Assembly (NCBI GenBank): GCA_044359815.1
Contig: JBIKLL010000030.1
Coordinates: 1 to 27,673, forward strand
Origin: Pseudobdellovibrionaceae bacterium
GTDB taxonomy: Bacteria > Bdellovibrionota > Bdellovibrionia > Bdellovibrionales > Bdellovibrionaceae
DNA: 27,673 nucleotides
Direction of reading: 5' to 3'
Translations under genes and position numbers: made by a program
Notes under the pieces: model-generated
What the model was told of the DNA's origin: nothing
What the model saw: only the letters and a program-made list of their open reading frames with translations
Databases searched by the model: none
Shown here: positions 8,305 to 18,345 of the stretch, piece by piece
Numbering within the stretch: position 1 is the first letter of the stretch
Layout of the letters: every line of letters begins with the position of its first letter

Positions 8305-9356
8305 GATTTGAAAACACATGGGCGTTTAATCTGTATTTTGCCCAGATTGCCCTGTTGGTATTGATTGTGCTTTCGGCCAAGCAATTAAATTCCAAGATGA
8401 TCAAAGTTTTTGGCAAAAAAACATACAGTTTTTTAACTCAATCAGTGTCCTTTCAAAGGCGCAAACTTAAATTAACTTTATTGATGCTCAGTTTGTTTTT
8501 TATGATTTTGGCTTTGGCCCGGCCGCAAATAGGTGTCAGCCAGCAAGAAATCAAATCAGAAGGCATCGAGCTGATGCTGATGGTGGATGTTTCAAACAGC
8601 ATGATGGCCGAAGACGTCAGGCCCAATCGATTAGAACAAGTTAAACATGAGTTTTCGAAATTAATTGATCAACTGCCGGGGGCAAAGATCGGTGTGATTG
8701 CTTTTGCGGGCAGTGCGGCCCTGTTGTCCCCATTAACAACTGATCCCAACGCATTGAAAATGTATTTGGAATCCTTGAGTCCTGATTCGGTGTCATCGCA
8801 GGGGACAAATTTTAAAGCAGCGCTGGAAGAAGCCCAAGAATCCTTTAAACGCGGGGGAACCCAGAAAGACGAAACCACTCGTGTTACCCGTGTGGTATTA
8901 ATTGCCAGTGATGGTGAGGACAACGAACAAGGTGCTTTGGATTTTGCAAAAGAGCTTTCCAAGGACGGCACCAAAATATTTACTCTGGCCTACGGCACTG
9001 AAAAAGGCGCGCCCATTCCAGACAGGGATCAAATGGGTTTTTTGCGGGGATACAAGAAGGAAAAATCAGGACAAACCATTTTAACAACAGTTAAAGGCGA
9101 TGCACTTAAGTCCCTGGCTGATGCGGGTGGCGGGACATTTTATTTTGCGGTGTTTGCTGGCAACCACATTGAAAAATTAATTTCAGATTTTGATAAATTA
9201 GAAAAAGCTCAGTTTGAAACCAAGGTCGCGACCCAGTACGATGAGCGCTATCAATGGTTTTTGTTTTTAGCTTTGATTTTGATGATGCTTGAACTGAGTC
9301 TGGGTGAGCGTAAGCCGCGGGGTCGTTACCGAGGCAGATTGGAGGCCTCGGTATGA
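8301..9356 (+). CDS. batB: BatB-like VWA domain membrane protein
   Basis: ALARPQ, DVSNSMMAEDVRPNRL, PLTTD, QGT, SDGED, ERYQWF. Confidence 0.9.
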   Translation: MRFENTWAFNLYFAQIALLVLIVLSAKQLNSKMIKVFGKKTYSFLTQSVSFQRRKLKLTLLMLSLFFMILALARPQIGVSQQEIKSEGIELMLMVDVSNSMMAEDVRPNRLEQVKHEFSKLIDQLPGAKIGVIAFAGSAALLSPLTTDPNALKMYLESLSPDSVSSQGTNFKAALEEAQESFKRGGTQKDETTRVTRVVLIASDGEDNEQGALDFAKELSKDGTKIFTLAYGTEKGAPIPDRDQMGFLRGYKKEKSGQTILTTVKGDALKSLADAGGGTFYFAVFAGNHIEKLISDFDKLEKAQFETKVATQYDERYQWFLFLALILMMLELSLGERKPRGRYRGRLEASV

Positions 9357-10063
9357 TCAGCATTTTTTTAGCGTTCGCAGTGCAAGCATCAGAGCTTAAG
9401 GGAATCTATTCAAACAATACGGGCGTTTTATATCTGAGCAAGGATTTAAATGGCCAGGCTCAAAAAAGCTTTGCGGATTCATTGACTGAGCTGCCAACGG
9501 CCAGCCCTGTGCATATGAATATGGGTCTTAGTTTTTACAAAGCAGGTGATAAAGACAAAGCAGAAAAATCTTTTAAAATGGCGTTAAAGGCTGCCAGTAA
9601 TCCCGGCGAAAAATTTTTAGCCCTTTATAACTTAGGTGAGCTTGCGCAGAATCTGAAATTCCGTGACAAGGCCTTATCCTATTACCAAGAAGCTTTAGAG
9701 ATTGACCCTAATAATAAGGAAATAAAAACCAATATTGAACTGATGATTCAACAACAGAAGCAGCAAAGCGGCGGTGGTGGGCAAAACCAACAGGATCAGA
9801 ATCAGAATCAAAATCAGGATCAAAAACAAAATGAAGCCCAGGACAACAAAGACGATAAAAATAATCAAAACAAAGATGGGCAGCAGGATAAGCCCAAGCA
9901 ATACGCGCCTAACAACAAACAAAAACAGGATTTTAAAAGTCAAAATCTGTCCCAGAGTGATGTGAATAAAATTTTAGGCGAGATCAAACAACAAGAGGGC
10001 AAAATCAGAGCTGAGTATTCAAAAAAAGAAGCAAAGGAAAGGCCCAATGAAAAAGATTGGTAG
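9353..10063 (+). CDS. batC: BatC-like TPR protein with Q/N-rich linker
   Basis: TPR motifs (YNLG, YQEALEIDP), low-complexity QNQNQ tract, terminal EKDW. Confidence 0.85.
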   Translation: MISIFLAFAVQASELKGIYSNNTGVLYLSKDLNGQAQKSFADSLTELPTASPVHMNMGLSFYKAGDKDKAEKSFKMALKAASNPGEKFLALYNLGELAQNLKFRDKALSYYQEALEIDPNNKEIKTNIELMIQQQKQQSGGGGQNQQDQNQNQNQDQKQNEAQDNKDDKNNQNKDGQQDKPKQYAPNNKQKQDFKSQNLSQSDVNKILGEIKQQEGKIRAEYSKKEAKERPNEKDW

Positions 10064-11978
10064 TTTAATTTTTGTTATTGGTTTAATGGCTTCGACGCTG
10101 GTATCAGCGGCCGTCACTGTGCAGTCAGAACTGGATACCGAAGAGGTCTCTGTCGGCGAAGGTTTCAGAGTGATTGTTACAGTCAGTGCGACGGACAATG
10201 AAGACGTTGAGACTCCCAAACCCGGATCAATGAATCAATTTGATTTTCAAGGTATGAGCCAAAGCACTTCCTCAAGCATGAAGATGGAAATTTTAAATGG
10301 CGGAGTGAAATACAATAAATCCAATGTGCATGAGTTTGTTTTCAGTTACGTTGCAAAAAACGAAGGAACCTTTAGTATTCCAGGTTTTGAAGTTTCAGCT
10401 GGTGGGAAAGTCCTGGTTAGCAAACCATTAGAAGTCAAAGTTTTAAAAGCAGGAACAGCTTCAAACAAAAGAAGGGCTCAGCCTCAGCAAGATCCCTTTC
10501 AGGATGAAACAGAAGAAATTTTTAATCAGCTGCTCAGACGCCATGGCATTGGTGGTAGGGGTTTTCCGCAACCTCAGCCTCAGGAAAAAGAACCGTCACT
10601 TGCTGATGAGCAAGAAATAAAAAATCCACCCAAAAATCCCAACGAAACCTTTTCAATCAGATTGGAAGTCGACAAGACTGAAGTTTTTGAAGGCGAACAG
10701 ATTGTTGCAAACTGGTATATCTATACCCGGGCAAATATTTTGACTTTGGACCGGCAAAAGTTTCCCGAGCTGAGAGGGTTTTGGAAAGAAATCATCGAAG
10801 AAGTTCCAGCGCTGAATTTGAGTCAAGTTATTGTAAACGGGATTCCTTACCACCGAGCACTTCTAGCCAGCCATGCGCTGTTTCCGATTAAATCAGGCAC
10901 TGCCGTGATTGACGAATACCGAGTGAAGGCTCAGGTGCAGGTGGTGGACAGCACTTTTGGAGCGTTTGGATTTGGGAAGCCATACACATTTGTCCGAGCC
11001 AGTGAGCGGGTTCCAATCAAGGTCAAGCCACTGCCAACAGAAGGGCGTCCAAGTAATTTTGCAGGCGCTGTTGGTCGATTTGAAGTAAAAGCATTTGTGG
11101 ATGGAAATAGCTTTCCGGTTAATCAGCCATTTTCGTTGCGTGTGCGGTTTGAGGGTGATGGGAATGCAAAATTAATTGAGCTTCCTAATTTAAATCTGCC
11201 TAATAATCTGGAAGTCTACAGTACCAAAAACGATTCTAAATATTATAAAAATGGCAGATCGTACAAAGAATTTGAGGTTTTGATAATTCCCAGATCAGAA
11301 GGGGATGTGAAAATCCCTGCGATGGAGTTTTCGATTTTTGATCCAGTTCAAAAAAAGTACGTGCAAAAAACCACTCAAAGTATTGATGTAAAAATTGTTC
11401 CTGGAAACGCTGCCAAGCCGCCAGATGAGCCCAAGGGATTGTTGTCTGGATTAACCGGTAAAAAAGATTCCGCTGATGTTATGCCCAGTATTATTTTGCA
11501 GTCATCCGTCGAAAGCCCCTTTAAGGCTTGGGGAGCGGGATTGTTTTGGGGCAGTTTGTTTGGGACTATTTTAATTGGTGCCTATGTTTATTATCGCAAA
11601 GTGTTTGGCACAGGATCTAAACGCATCAAGATAAAAACAAAACTGATAAGCCGCATCAGCAAATTAAGGCCAGCTCTGGCAAAAAATGACTACAGAAAAG
11701 TCGGGGTTGAGGGCGTTAATTTAATTTATTTTGTTTTAGGGGAAATTTCGGGCCAGAAATCAGCAGGTTTAGAGCTGAGAAAGATTTTAGAGTTTTGTCC
11801 CCCGTCGCTGAGAAATGATCAGTCGGTTAAATTGGAAAAGCTAATGGATGATTGTCAGATTTTAGGCTTTGCGCCAGAGGAAATTGCCCAAAAGCTGGGA
11901 GATTCAAAAAAGCTCAATAAAATTTGCGACGATTTGTCAGAGGTTTTGGGCAAATGCTGCGAGTATGAGGATTTTTAG
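10047..11978 (+). CDS. batD: BatD-like protein
   Basis: Signal peptide, repeated beta-rich modules, VKPLP...F.GAVGRF, GDGN, FDP...Y, late TM helix. Confidence 0.88.
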   Translation: MKKIGSLIFVIGLMASTLVSAAVTVQSELDTEEVSVGEGFRVIVTVSATDNEDVETPKPGSMNQFDFQGMSQSTSSSMKMEILNGGVKYNKSNVHEFVFSYVAKNEGTFSIPGFEVSAGGKVLVSKPLEVKVLKAGTASNKRRAQPQQDPFQDETEEIFNQLLRRHGIGGRGFPQPQPQEKEPSLADEQEIKNPPKNPNETFSIRLEVDKTEVFEGEQIVANWYIYTRANILTLDRQKFPELRGFWKEIIEEVPALNLSQVIVNGIPYHRALLASHALFPIKSGTAVIDEYRVKAQVQVVDSTFGAFGFGKPYTFVRASERVPIKVKPLPTEGRPSNFAGAVGRFEVKAFVDGNSFPVNQPFSLRVRFEGDGNAKLIELPNLNLPNNLEVYSTKNDSKYYKNGRSYKEFEVLIIPRSEGDVKIPAMEFSIFDPVQKKYVQKTTQSIDVKIVPGNAAKPPDEPKGLLSGLTGKKDSADVMPSIILQSSVESPFKAWGAGLFWGSLFGTILIGAYVYYRKVFGTGSKRIKIKTKLISRISKLRPALAKNDYRKVGVEGVNLIYFVLGEISGQKSAGLELRKILEFCPPSLRNDQSVKLEKLMDDCQILGFAPEEIAQKLGDSKKLNKICDDLSEVLGKCCEYEDF

Positions 11979-12023
11979 TCCAAATTTCTGTGCATTTATT
12001 TATGACCGTGCTAGGCTTTTTGG

Positions 12024-14282
12024 ATGATAAAAAAAATTTCTAAAAACATGTGTGTTTTTATCTGGGCCATCAGTTTGCATCTGATAGCAGCCAATGCCTT
12101 TGCTCAGTTTGATGTTTTAAAACTTAAATTCAAACCCACCACTAAGCAAGTTTCCACGGGTTCCAATCTGTCTTCTATGAAGGCGGCTGAGTTATCAAAG
12201 AACTGGAAGAAATGCGTTTCATTGGTGGAAAGCAACATGAAACAAAACCCTTCAATCAAGGGCTGGGTATTGCTGTCTGGCTTAAAATGCGCAGCAAGGG
12301 ATTTTCAAGAAACTAAAAATCAATCGGATCTGCAAAAAATGTTTGAAATCGCTGAGCGTAATCTTGAGTTACTGCACATTGGTACTTGGGCAGCTCAATT
12401 GGAAAATGAGTACGTCAAAAATAAGCTGTCGTTCGCCGAATCTATTTTGAAAACTCAGCCTAAGTCAGCTTGGAAGCATTTGGACAGTTTGATTGCAATG
12501 AAGAATCAGATTTCTAAAGCCAGTTTGTCGAAAGTTTATTTGATGATGGCTGAATTGGCTCAAGCCCAAGCAAAACTGCGATGGGCTGCAGAGCTTGCGC
12601 AGTATTCGGTCAATGAAGCTGACTCGCCAGCAGCACGTGAAAAGCTGCAGCAGTTACAGTTTGCCTTGAACAAAGAAAAGCCAACGACGGAAACTAAGAC
12701 CACCGAATTATTTAATGAAACTGAAATCAAGTTTGATGAACGGATCAGGACTTCGTCAAAAGCCAACGAAGGTTTTGCGTTGAGCGAAGACTGTGTGGCT
12801 TATTTGAAAGCTCTTCCTGGTGGTAAAAAATCAAAATGGTGTGTCGACAGGTTACTGGAAACTCACACTAGTTTGTTTGGAAAAAGTGATGATGCCAAGT
12901 TTGCTCCAACCATGGAAAGATTTATTAATATCGTTGATGGACTGGACGCGGACAGATTGTCTGAGCTTGCCCGGAATTTTCACAGACGAGGTGATTTTGA
13001 TGGAAGCCTTAAACTGGCTTCAAAGGCCTACAGCAAAATGGAAAATTCAAAAGACGCTGCTGTTTTGCTGTACGTGATGGGCAGATCCAGTCAGTTTTTG
13101 GGTCAGTATTCTAATGCTCAAAAATATTTTCAGACTTATCTGGAAAAATTCAGTGGTGCAGATGATGTGGTGGAAGTTTTGTTTCGCTTAGGATTGGTGT
13201 TCATCAGACAATCTGATGCCACTTCGGCCATCGCGACTTTTGAAAAACTATTAAATATCAAAGGCATCGAAAAATACGAACTGTCTGCCAGATATTGGTT
13301 GGTCCGAAGTCTGCAGTGGACATCCAATCCCCGTGCAGAAGCCGAACTGACGGCATTACACGATAAATTTATGTTTTCATATTATGGGCTAAAATTAAAG
13401 CTGGAAAAACAAAATGGGGTCAGCGATTGGCCGTCAGCACTGAAATTGGATGCTGATTTAGACGGGGAATACCATTTATCACATCAACAAAAAAAATCTT
13501 GGGACCGTGTGCAGTTGTTGGCTAACAATGGTTGGTCCGTTGAGGCTCATCAAGAATTTTTGGATTTGCCCCATCCAGTGGATGCTGATCTGAAGGTGTT
13601 GGTTGCAGGTGAGTTGTCTAAAAACCAAATTTTTCCGCCCATCATTAAACTGATTCAAGGGGCCACTGACATCAACACCAGATACAGATCCTTTGATGTG
13701 GTCAATTTAGCTTTACCGAAGCCTTTTAATCAAATCATCGAGGCTAACGCCAAACAGTTTAAGCTCAGCCCCATTTTAGTTCGCAGCTTGATGCGACAGG
13801 AAAGTGCTTTTAACATTCAGGCTGTCAGCACTTCTCCGGCATTTGGGTTAATGCAATTGATTGCGCCGACTGCAGAGGAAGTAATTAAAGATCTAGGCTT
13901 AAAGCAAACCACAGTGCCAGATGATTTATTTATTCCTGATATAAATATTAAATTGGGAAGTTCCTACATTGCAAAAATGCTGAATCGTTTTTCAGGACAG
14001 GTGCCCTTTGCATTGGCCGCTTACAATGCCGGTCCTACAAGGATGAAAATTTTTATCGAGGCCAGGCCTGAAATCAAAAGATTACTGGGGCAGGCGTCTG
14101 CTGACCCCTATGACGAATTGTGGATGGACGAAGTGCCTTGGTATGAAACCAGTTTTTACGTAAAAGCAATTTTGCGAAATACGATTTTGTATAAATTGGC
14201 TGACAAAGCTAATGCAAAGACTCCTGATGAGCGCAAGGTGACTTTTGCACCTGTGCTTTGGTCTGATCTAGTTGTGAACTAG
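12024..14282 (+). CDS. slt: Slt-type soluble lytic transglycosylase with TPR repeats
   Basis: Signal peptide, TPRs, MRQESAF, GLMQL, AAYNAGP, ETSFYVKAI. Confidence 0.92.
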   Translation: MIKKISKNMCVFIWAISLHLIAANAFAQFDVLKLKFKPTTKQVSTGSNLSSMKAAELSKNWKKCVSLVESNMKQNPSIKGWVLLSGLKCAARDFQETKNQSDLQKMFEIAERNLELLHIGTWAAQLENEYVKNKLSFAESILKTQPKSAWKHLDSLIAMKNQISKASLSKVYLMMAELAQAQAKLRWAAELAQYSVNEADSPAAREKLQQLQFALNKEKPTTETKTTELFNETEIKFDERIRTSSKANEGFALSEDCVAYLKALPGGKKSKWCVDRLLETHTSLFGKSDDAKFAPTMERFINIVDGLDADRLSELARNFHRRGDFDGSLKLASKAYSKMENSKDAAVLLYVMGRSSQFLGQYSNAQKYFQTYLEKFSGADDVVEVLFRLGLVFIRQSDATSAIATFEKLLNIKGIEKYELSARYWLVRSLQWTSNPRAEAELTALHDKFMFSYYGLKLKLEKQNGVSDWPSALKLDADLDGEYHLSHQQKKSWDRVQLLANNGWSVEAHQEFLDLPHPVDADLKVLVAGELSKNQIFPPIIKLIQGATDINTRYRSFDVVNLALPKPFNQIIEANAKQFKLSPILVRSLMRQESAFNIQAVSTSPAFGLMQLIAPTAEEVIKDLGLKQTTVPDDLFIPDINIKLGSSYIAKMLNRFSGQVPFALAAYNAGPTRMKIFIEARPEIKRLLGQASADPYDELWMDEVPWYETSFYVKAILRNTILYKLADKANAKTPDERKVTFAPVLWSDLVVN

Positions 14283-14369
14283 TGCTCAGCAGAATTAGCC
14301 GACATAATCAATTGATTGCAGTACCTAATTTAGCTGGTTAATCTATTAGGTACAGGATGTGGAGGTTCG

Positions 14370-16238
14370 ATGGCTCAGCTTTCGACTAAACTGGGGTGGC
14401 TTACTGTTGCCTTGGTGTTTGTGACAGGATGTTCGACTCTAGAAAGAAATGAAACTTTAAATAAAGGTGATTTAAAGGTCGTTCACGAGCTGAGTTCTGT
14501 CCGTGCGACAGAGCCTTCAGGCGAAAAAATTGAATCTCAAGAATTTGAATCCATCCCGATAGAAGTCAATAATCTGGTGGAAAAATGGATTGCCTATTTT
14601 CAGGGACGTGGAAAGCCACATATGGAAAGATATTTGGCCAGAAGCACACGTTATTCAAGCGTGATGAAAAAGATTTTACGCCAAAATGGTTTGCCCGAAG
14701 ATTTGCTTTACATAGCGATGATTGAATCCGGATTTTCATCCAAGGCCTACAGCAGTGCTGCAGCTGTTGGTTATTGGCAGTTTATCAGAGGCACGGGCAG
14801 ACGTTACGGTCTGGAAATCAATCCTCTGGTTGATGAGCGCCGCGATCCGATTTTATCAACACAAGCCGCTGCAGAATATTTTAAGGGATTATATTCGGTT
14901 TTTGGATCTTGGTATTTGGCAATGGCCAGCTACAACGTGGGCGAAAACCGTGTGAAAAAAGAAGTCATGAATCATTACACCAGGGATTTTTGGGAACTGG
15001 CACGTAAGCGAAGACTTCCAAAGGAAACTATTAACTACATCCCTAAATTTATTGCCGCAAAAATGATTGGCAATAATCCCAAAAAATATGGATTCACAGA
15101 AGTTGATTATTTGGCACCCATCGAATTTGATCTGATCAAAATCGACAAACCTGTGAACCTGAAAAAAATGGCTGAGTTGCTTAATTATGATTACGACGAA
15201 TTCAAATTGTTGAATCCAAAATTTAAAGGCGAAGTGGCTCCCTTGACTGACAATAAACTGGAATTGCGAGTCCCAGTGGGTGACCAATCAAAAGCACTGG
15301 CGGCTGCCAGTCAGAGCTATGTCGACAAGGTTGAATACGTGGCCGATGCTGGTGAAACACAGATTCACAGAGTCCGTTCGGGTGAAAGTTTATATTCGAT
15401 CGCTCGTAAATACCGCACTACAGTTGTGTGGTTAAAGGATGTGAACGATCTGAAAAGAGGCAGAAAGCTCCGAATTGGTCAGAAATTATTTGTACCTGAT
15501 CGCACGGGAGTGGTCTTAGCAAACAAAGCATTGGCTCAAGCTAAAAAAGACAAAAAGGAGGATTTGCCAGAGGCCAAAGAAGCCGCCACGCAGACCAATG
15601 AAATCGTTGCTGGGAATGTGGTTTATTATATCGTGCAAAACGGCGACAATCTGACAACCATTGCAAATGAGTATGATTCCAGTGTTGAGGAACTCAGAAA
15701 AATGAACAAGCTTTCAAAAAGAGCCCTTTTGAAAGTCGGCATGAAGTTAAAAGTACCAAAAGATGAAGGTTTACCAACTGACCCGAACGCTAAGCCCGAG
15801 GAAAGCTCTAAAATCGAGCGGGCAGAAGCGGAGGGGGCCGGGACACCCACCGCCAGAGAGCCAGGAAGTGAATCCGATTACGACGGAAAGCAAAGAATAA
15901 ACGATAAAATTTTGTACCGAGTGCGCAAGGGCGAAAATCTGACCGAGATCGCAAAAAAATATGGGATGTCGGTGAGGCAATTGGCTGTTTACAATGATCT
16001 GCCCCCACGGGTGATGTTGAAGGCAGGTACAAGGCTTGAAATACCTGTGAGATCTAAAAAAGAAGTTTCACAGCGTAAAGCAAAACCAAAATCGAAATTT
16101 CATGTTGTTCGCCGGGGCGAAAATCTGACCAAGATTGCCGATCGTTACCAGATTTCGTTGCAAGAACTGAAAAACGCTAATCGTCTGAAAAGCGGCTCTA
16201 AGGTTTTAGCCGGCATGCGATTGCTAGTGCCGCTTTAA
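14370..16238 (+). CDS. mltD: MltD-like lytic transglycosylase lipoprotein with four LysM domains
   Basis: Lipobox VTGC; IESGF, GYWQF, DERRDP, SYNVG, LPKETINY; LysM starts HRVRSGESL, YIVQNGDNL, YRVRKGENL, HVVRRGENL. Confidence 0.93.
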   Translation: MAQLSTKLGWLTVALVFVTGCSTLERNETLNKGDLKVVHELSSVRATEPSGEKIESQEFESIPIEVNNLVEKWIAYFQGRGKPHMERYLARSTRYSSVMKKILRQNGLPEDLLYIAMIESGFSSKAYSSAAAVGYWQFIRGTGRRYGLEINPLVDERRDPILSTQAAAEYFKGLYSVFGSWYLAMASYNVGENRVKKEVMNHYTRDFWELARKRRLPKETINYIPKFIAAKMIGNNPKKYGFTEVDYLAPIEFDLIKIDKPVNLKKMAELLNYDYDEFKLLNPKFKGEVAPLTDNKLELRVPVGDQSKALAAASQSYVDKVEYVADAGETQIHRVRSGESLYSIARKYRTTVVWLKDVNDLKRGRKLRIGQKLFVPDRTGVVLANKALAQAKKDKKEDLPEAKEAATQTNEIVAGNVVYYIVQNGDNLTTIANEYDSSVEELRKMNKLSKRALLKVGMKLKVPKDEGLPTDPNAKPEESSKIERAEAEGAGTPTAREPGSESDYDGKQRINDKILYRVRKGENLTEIAKKYGMSVRQLAVYNDLPPRVMLKAGTRLEIPVRSKKEVSQRKAKPKSKFHVVRRGENLTKIADRYQISLQELKNANRLKSGSKVLAGMRLLVPL

Positions 16239-16270
16239 AAATCTAACTTTAGAGATTTAACTGTAAAGAC

Positions 16271-16654
16271 TTAAGAGACTCGGGATTCGTAAAAATTGGC
16301 GACGATGGCTCTGTAGGCTGCATGAAAAAACGGGTGGCTTTCGGGATCTGACTCGCGCAAGCAGCGTTCGAATCCAAACCGTATGCGCTCAATCGAGCTC
16401 CCAGCAGGGATGCCCAAGATTTCGTAGGCATCAAAGTCATTACCGTTGTACATAAATCGGGTGTTCAGATTTCTGATCCCAGAAAAATGTTCGCTGCCAA
16501 AAGGAGTGAACTCATCGATATTAGAAATAGATTTTTTTGGTTCTTTCAAATTCAGTCTGGAGGGTTTGGCAATAGAATTGCGCCCCCATAAAAACATCAC
16601 CACAACCCCTATGGCGACAAGACCATTAAGTAATAAAAAACCTTGGCTAGACAT
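16271..16654 (-). CDS. Membrane-anchored protein with a truncated J-domain-like C-terminus
   Basis: N-terminal TM helix; DAYEILGIPAGSS.E.I...F...AAY..I. Start probably MSSQGF, since the ORF-track start at 16726 overlaps mrp. Confidence 0.65.
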   Translation of the reverse strand: MSSQGFLLLNGLVAIGVVVMFLWGRNSIAKPSRLNLKEPKKSISNIDEFTPFGSEHFSGIRNLNTRFMYNGNDFDAYEILGIPAGSSIERIRFGFERCLRESDPESHPFFHAAYRAIVANFYESRVS

Positions 16655-16717
16655 GCTTTCTTTATTATCTAAGTGGTTAAACAGAATTTCCACTTTATCA
16701 ATTAAGGATGTCTCAGA

Positions 16718-17512
16718 ATGATACAAAACCCAAATCCCTCATCGCCAAATCCGTTTCAAAATAAAAAACCGATTCCTGGGATCAAAAAAATCATAGCTGT
16801 TAGCAGTGGTAAAGGCGGTGTGGGTAAATCCACAGTGGCTGTGAACTTGGCCAGCGCTTTATCGAAAAAATTCAAGGTGGGCTTGTTGGATGCTGATGTT
16901 TATGGTCCCAGCATTCCGCGGTTGATGGGGTTGAGCAATGCCAGGCCACAGGTTTCGCCGGAAAATAAAATCGAGCCCCTAGTAAAATTTGGCATCAAGG
17001 TTATGAGCATGGGATTTTTGATTGATGAAAACGCTGCGGTGGTTTGGCGGGGACCGATGTTGTTTAAAGCTATGGATCAATTTTTAAATGATGTTAATTG
17101 GGGTGAACTGGATTATCTGGTGATTGATTTACCACCGGGAACTGGTGATATTCAGCTGACTTTGGCGCAAAAAGTTTATTTGGCAGGAGCTGTGGTTGTC
17201 ACGACTCCACAGAATTTAGCATTTATTGATGCTAAAAAAGCCATTGATATGTGGACCCGGTTGGATGTCCCGGTGATTGGGATTATTGAAAACATGTCGT
17301 ACATGTTATCGCCGGATAAATCTGAAAAAATTCAATTGTACCCAAAGGGTGAACTGGATTCCTATTTACAAACCAAAAAATTGCCCAAGCTTGGTGAAAT
17401 TCCGTTTAATCCTTCATTGGGAATATCAGCAGAGTCTGGGGTCACGATGATTGACGGGCATTCAGAGTCCGAGGAATCCAAGGCCTTTTTTAAAATTGCT
17501 GAATTTTTGTGA
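16718..17512 (+). CDS. mrp: Mrp/ApbC/NBP35 family P-loop ATPase (Fe-S carrier)
   Basis: SGKGGVGKST, DADVYGPS, WRGPM, DLPPGTGD, VTTPQ, IENMS. Confidence 0.95.
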   Translation: MIQNPNPSSPNPFQNKKPIPGIKKIIAVSSGKGGVGKSTVAVNLASALSKKFKVGLLDADVYGPSIPRLMGLSNARPQVSPENKIEPLVKFGIKVMSMGFLIDENAAVVWRGPMLFKAMDQFLNDVNWGELDYLVIDLPPGTGDIQLTLAQKVYLAGAVVVTTPQNLAFIDAKKAIDMWTRLDVPVIGIIENMSYMLSPDKSEKIQLYPKGELDSYLQTKKLPKLGEIPFNPSLGISAESGVTMIDGHSESEESKAFFKIAEFL

Positions 17513-17691
17513 TTATTATTTGTGTGTTTAGTTTGTTTTTTGAGATCTGATGAGACTGACAATCTAATATTGATTTGAGTTAGTTTTTTCGGTTTCGGTT
17601 TCGGTTTAAGTTTTGGATTTGGTTCGCGTTTTGTGTTGGACCTGTGTTTTTAGATTTGACTTTGATTTTTGTGACCTAGATTTAAATTTAT

Positions 17692-18078
17692 TTGGTGGTA
17701 CATAGTGTTTTTTTTGAATCTGTTATCAGTAAAAATTTTGGAGACTTTTTGGAGCTAAAGCAAAAGATCTGTAATGAACTAAAGTCAGTTGGAATTCCCT
17801 TTAAGGAAGGCCAGATTCAGTCGGTGGCGGGTATGGATTCAGGCTCGGTTTCTGGCTTTGAGGCTGATTCTGGCTCTGAATCGGTTTTTGGATCAAAAAT
17901 AGGGGCAAGTGTGGGACAAAATCCCGGCTCTGCAGTGCAGTTGGTTTTAATTATCAACGATCGTTTTCGCAGATCAGCCGAAGTTGTGCTGCAGAATCTG
18001 ATGTTCAAAATGACCTTCACCTCTGACCAAGAAACTATTTACGACAACAAAATCAAACTGCTCTGGCAAAAAAACTAA
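17692..18078 (+). CDS. Hypothetical protein with a central Gly/Ser low-complexity segment
   Basis: 128-aa ORF with protein-like N and C parts; start uncertain (TTG or GTG). Confidence 0.5.
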   Translation: MVVHSVFFESVISKNFGDFLELKQKICNELKSVGIPFKEGQIQSVAGMDSGSVSGFEADSGSESVFGSKIGASVGQNPGSAVQLVLIINDRFRRSAEVVLQNLMFKMTFTSDQETIYDNKIKLLWQKN

Positions 18079-18345
18079 TTTTTTTGTTATCAATCTTTCA
18101 AGATAACTCCCTTTTCTGCAGTTAATATTAAATTCTATTTTTAGACCCAATATTTTGACCCTCAGAAAATAAACTCAATCAAAATTTTGAAGTCTGGCAA
18201 TGACTTGGTTCCATCAAAATAATTTCGCAAAAAATGTTTTATTGGTTTTGAGGTATTCAGATCTTATAAATTACTGTAGCCATAAGAAAATCTTTTTGCA
18301 AAAAGCCTTTGATAGTATTGAAGAATCCAAGCCTTTATATTCGCA

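Noticed and set aside
9782..9880. CAGAAT/CAGGAT/CAAAAT hexamer run
   Set aside because: It encodes the Q/N-rich linker normal for BatC-like proteins; the overlapping ILILIL and IRIRIK ORFs are its shadow frames.
14278..14305. GCCGACAT upstream of mltD as a sigma28 promoter
   Set aside because: No convincing -35 TAAA or TCAA at 15-16 nt spacing.
18292..18305. Perfect palindrome CTTTTTGCAAAAAG near the HUH gene 3' end as a REP or IS end
   Set aside because: Low complexity, single copy, and no matching hairpin on the other side.
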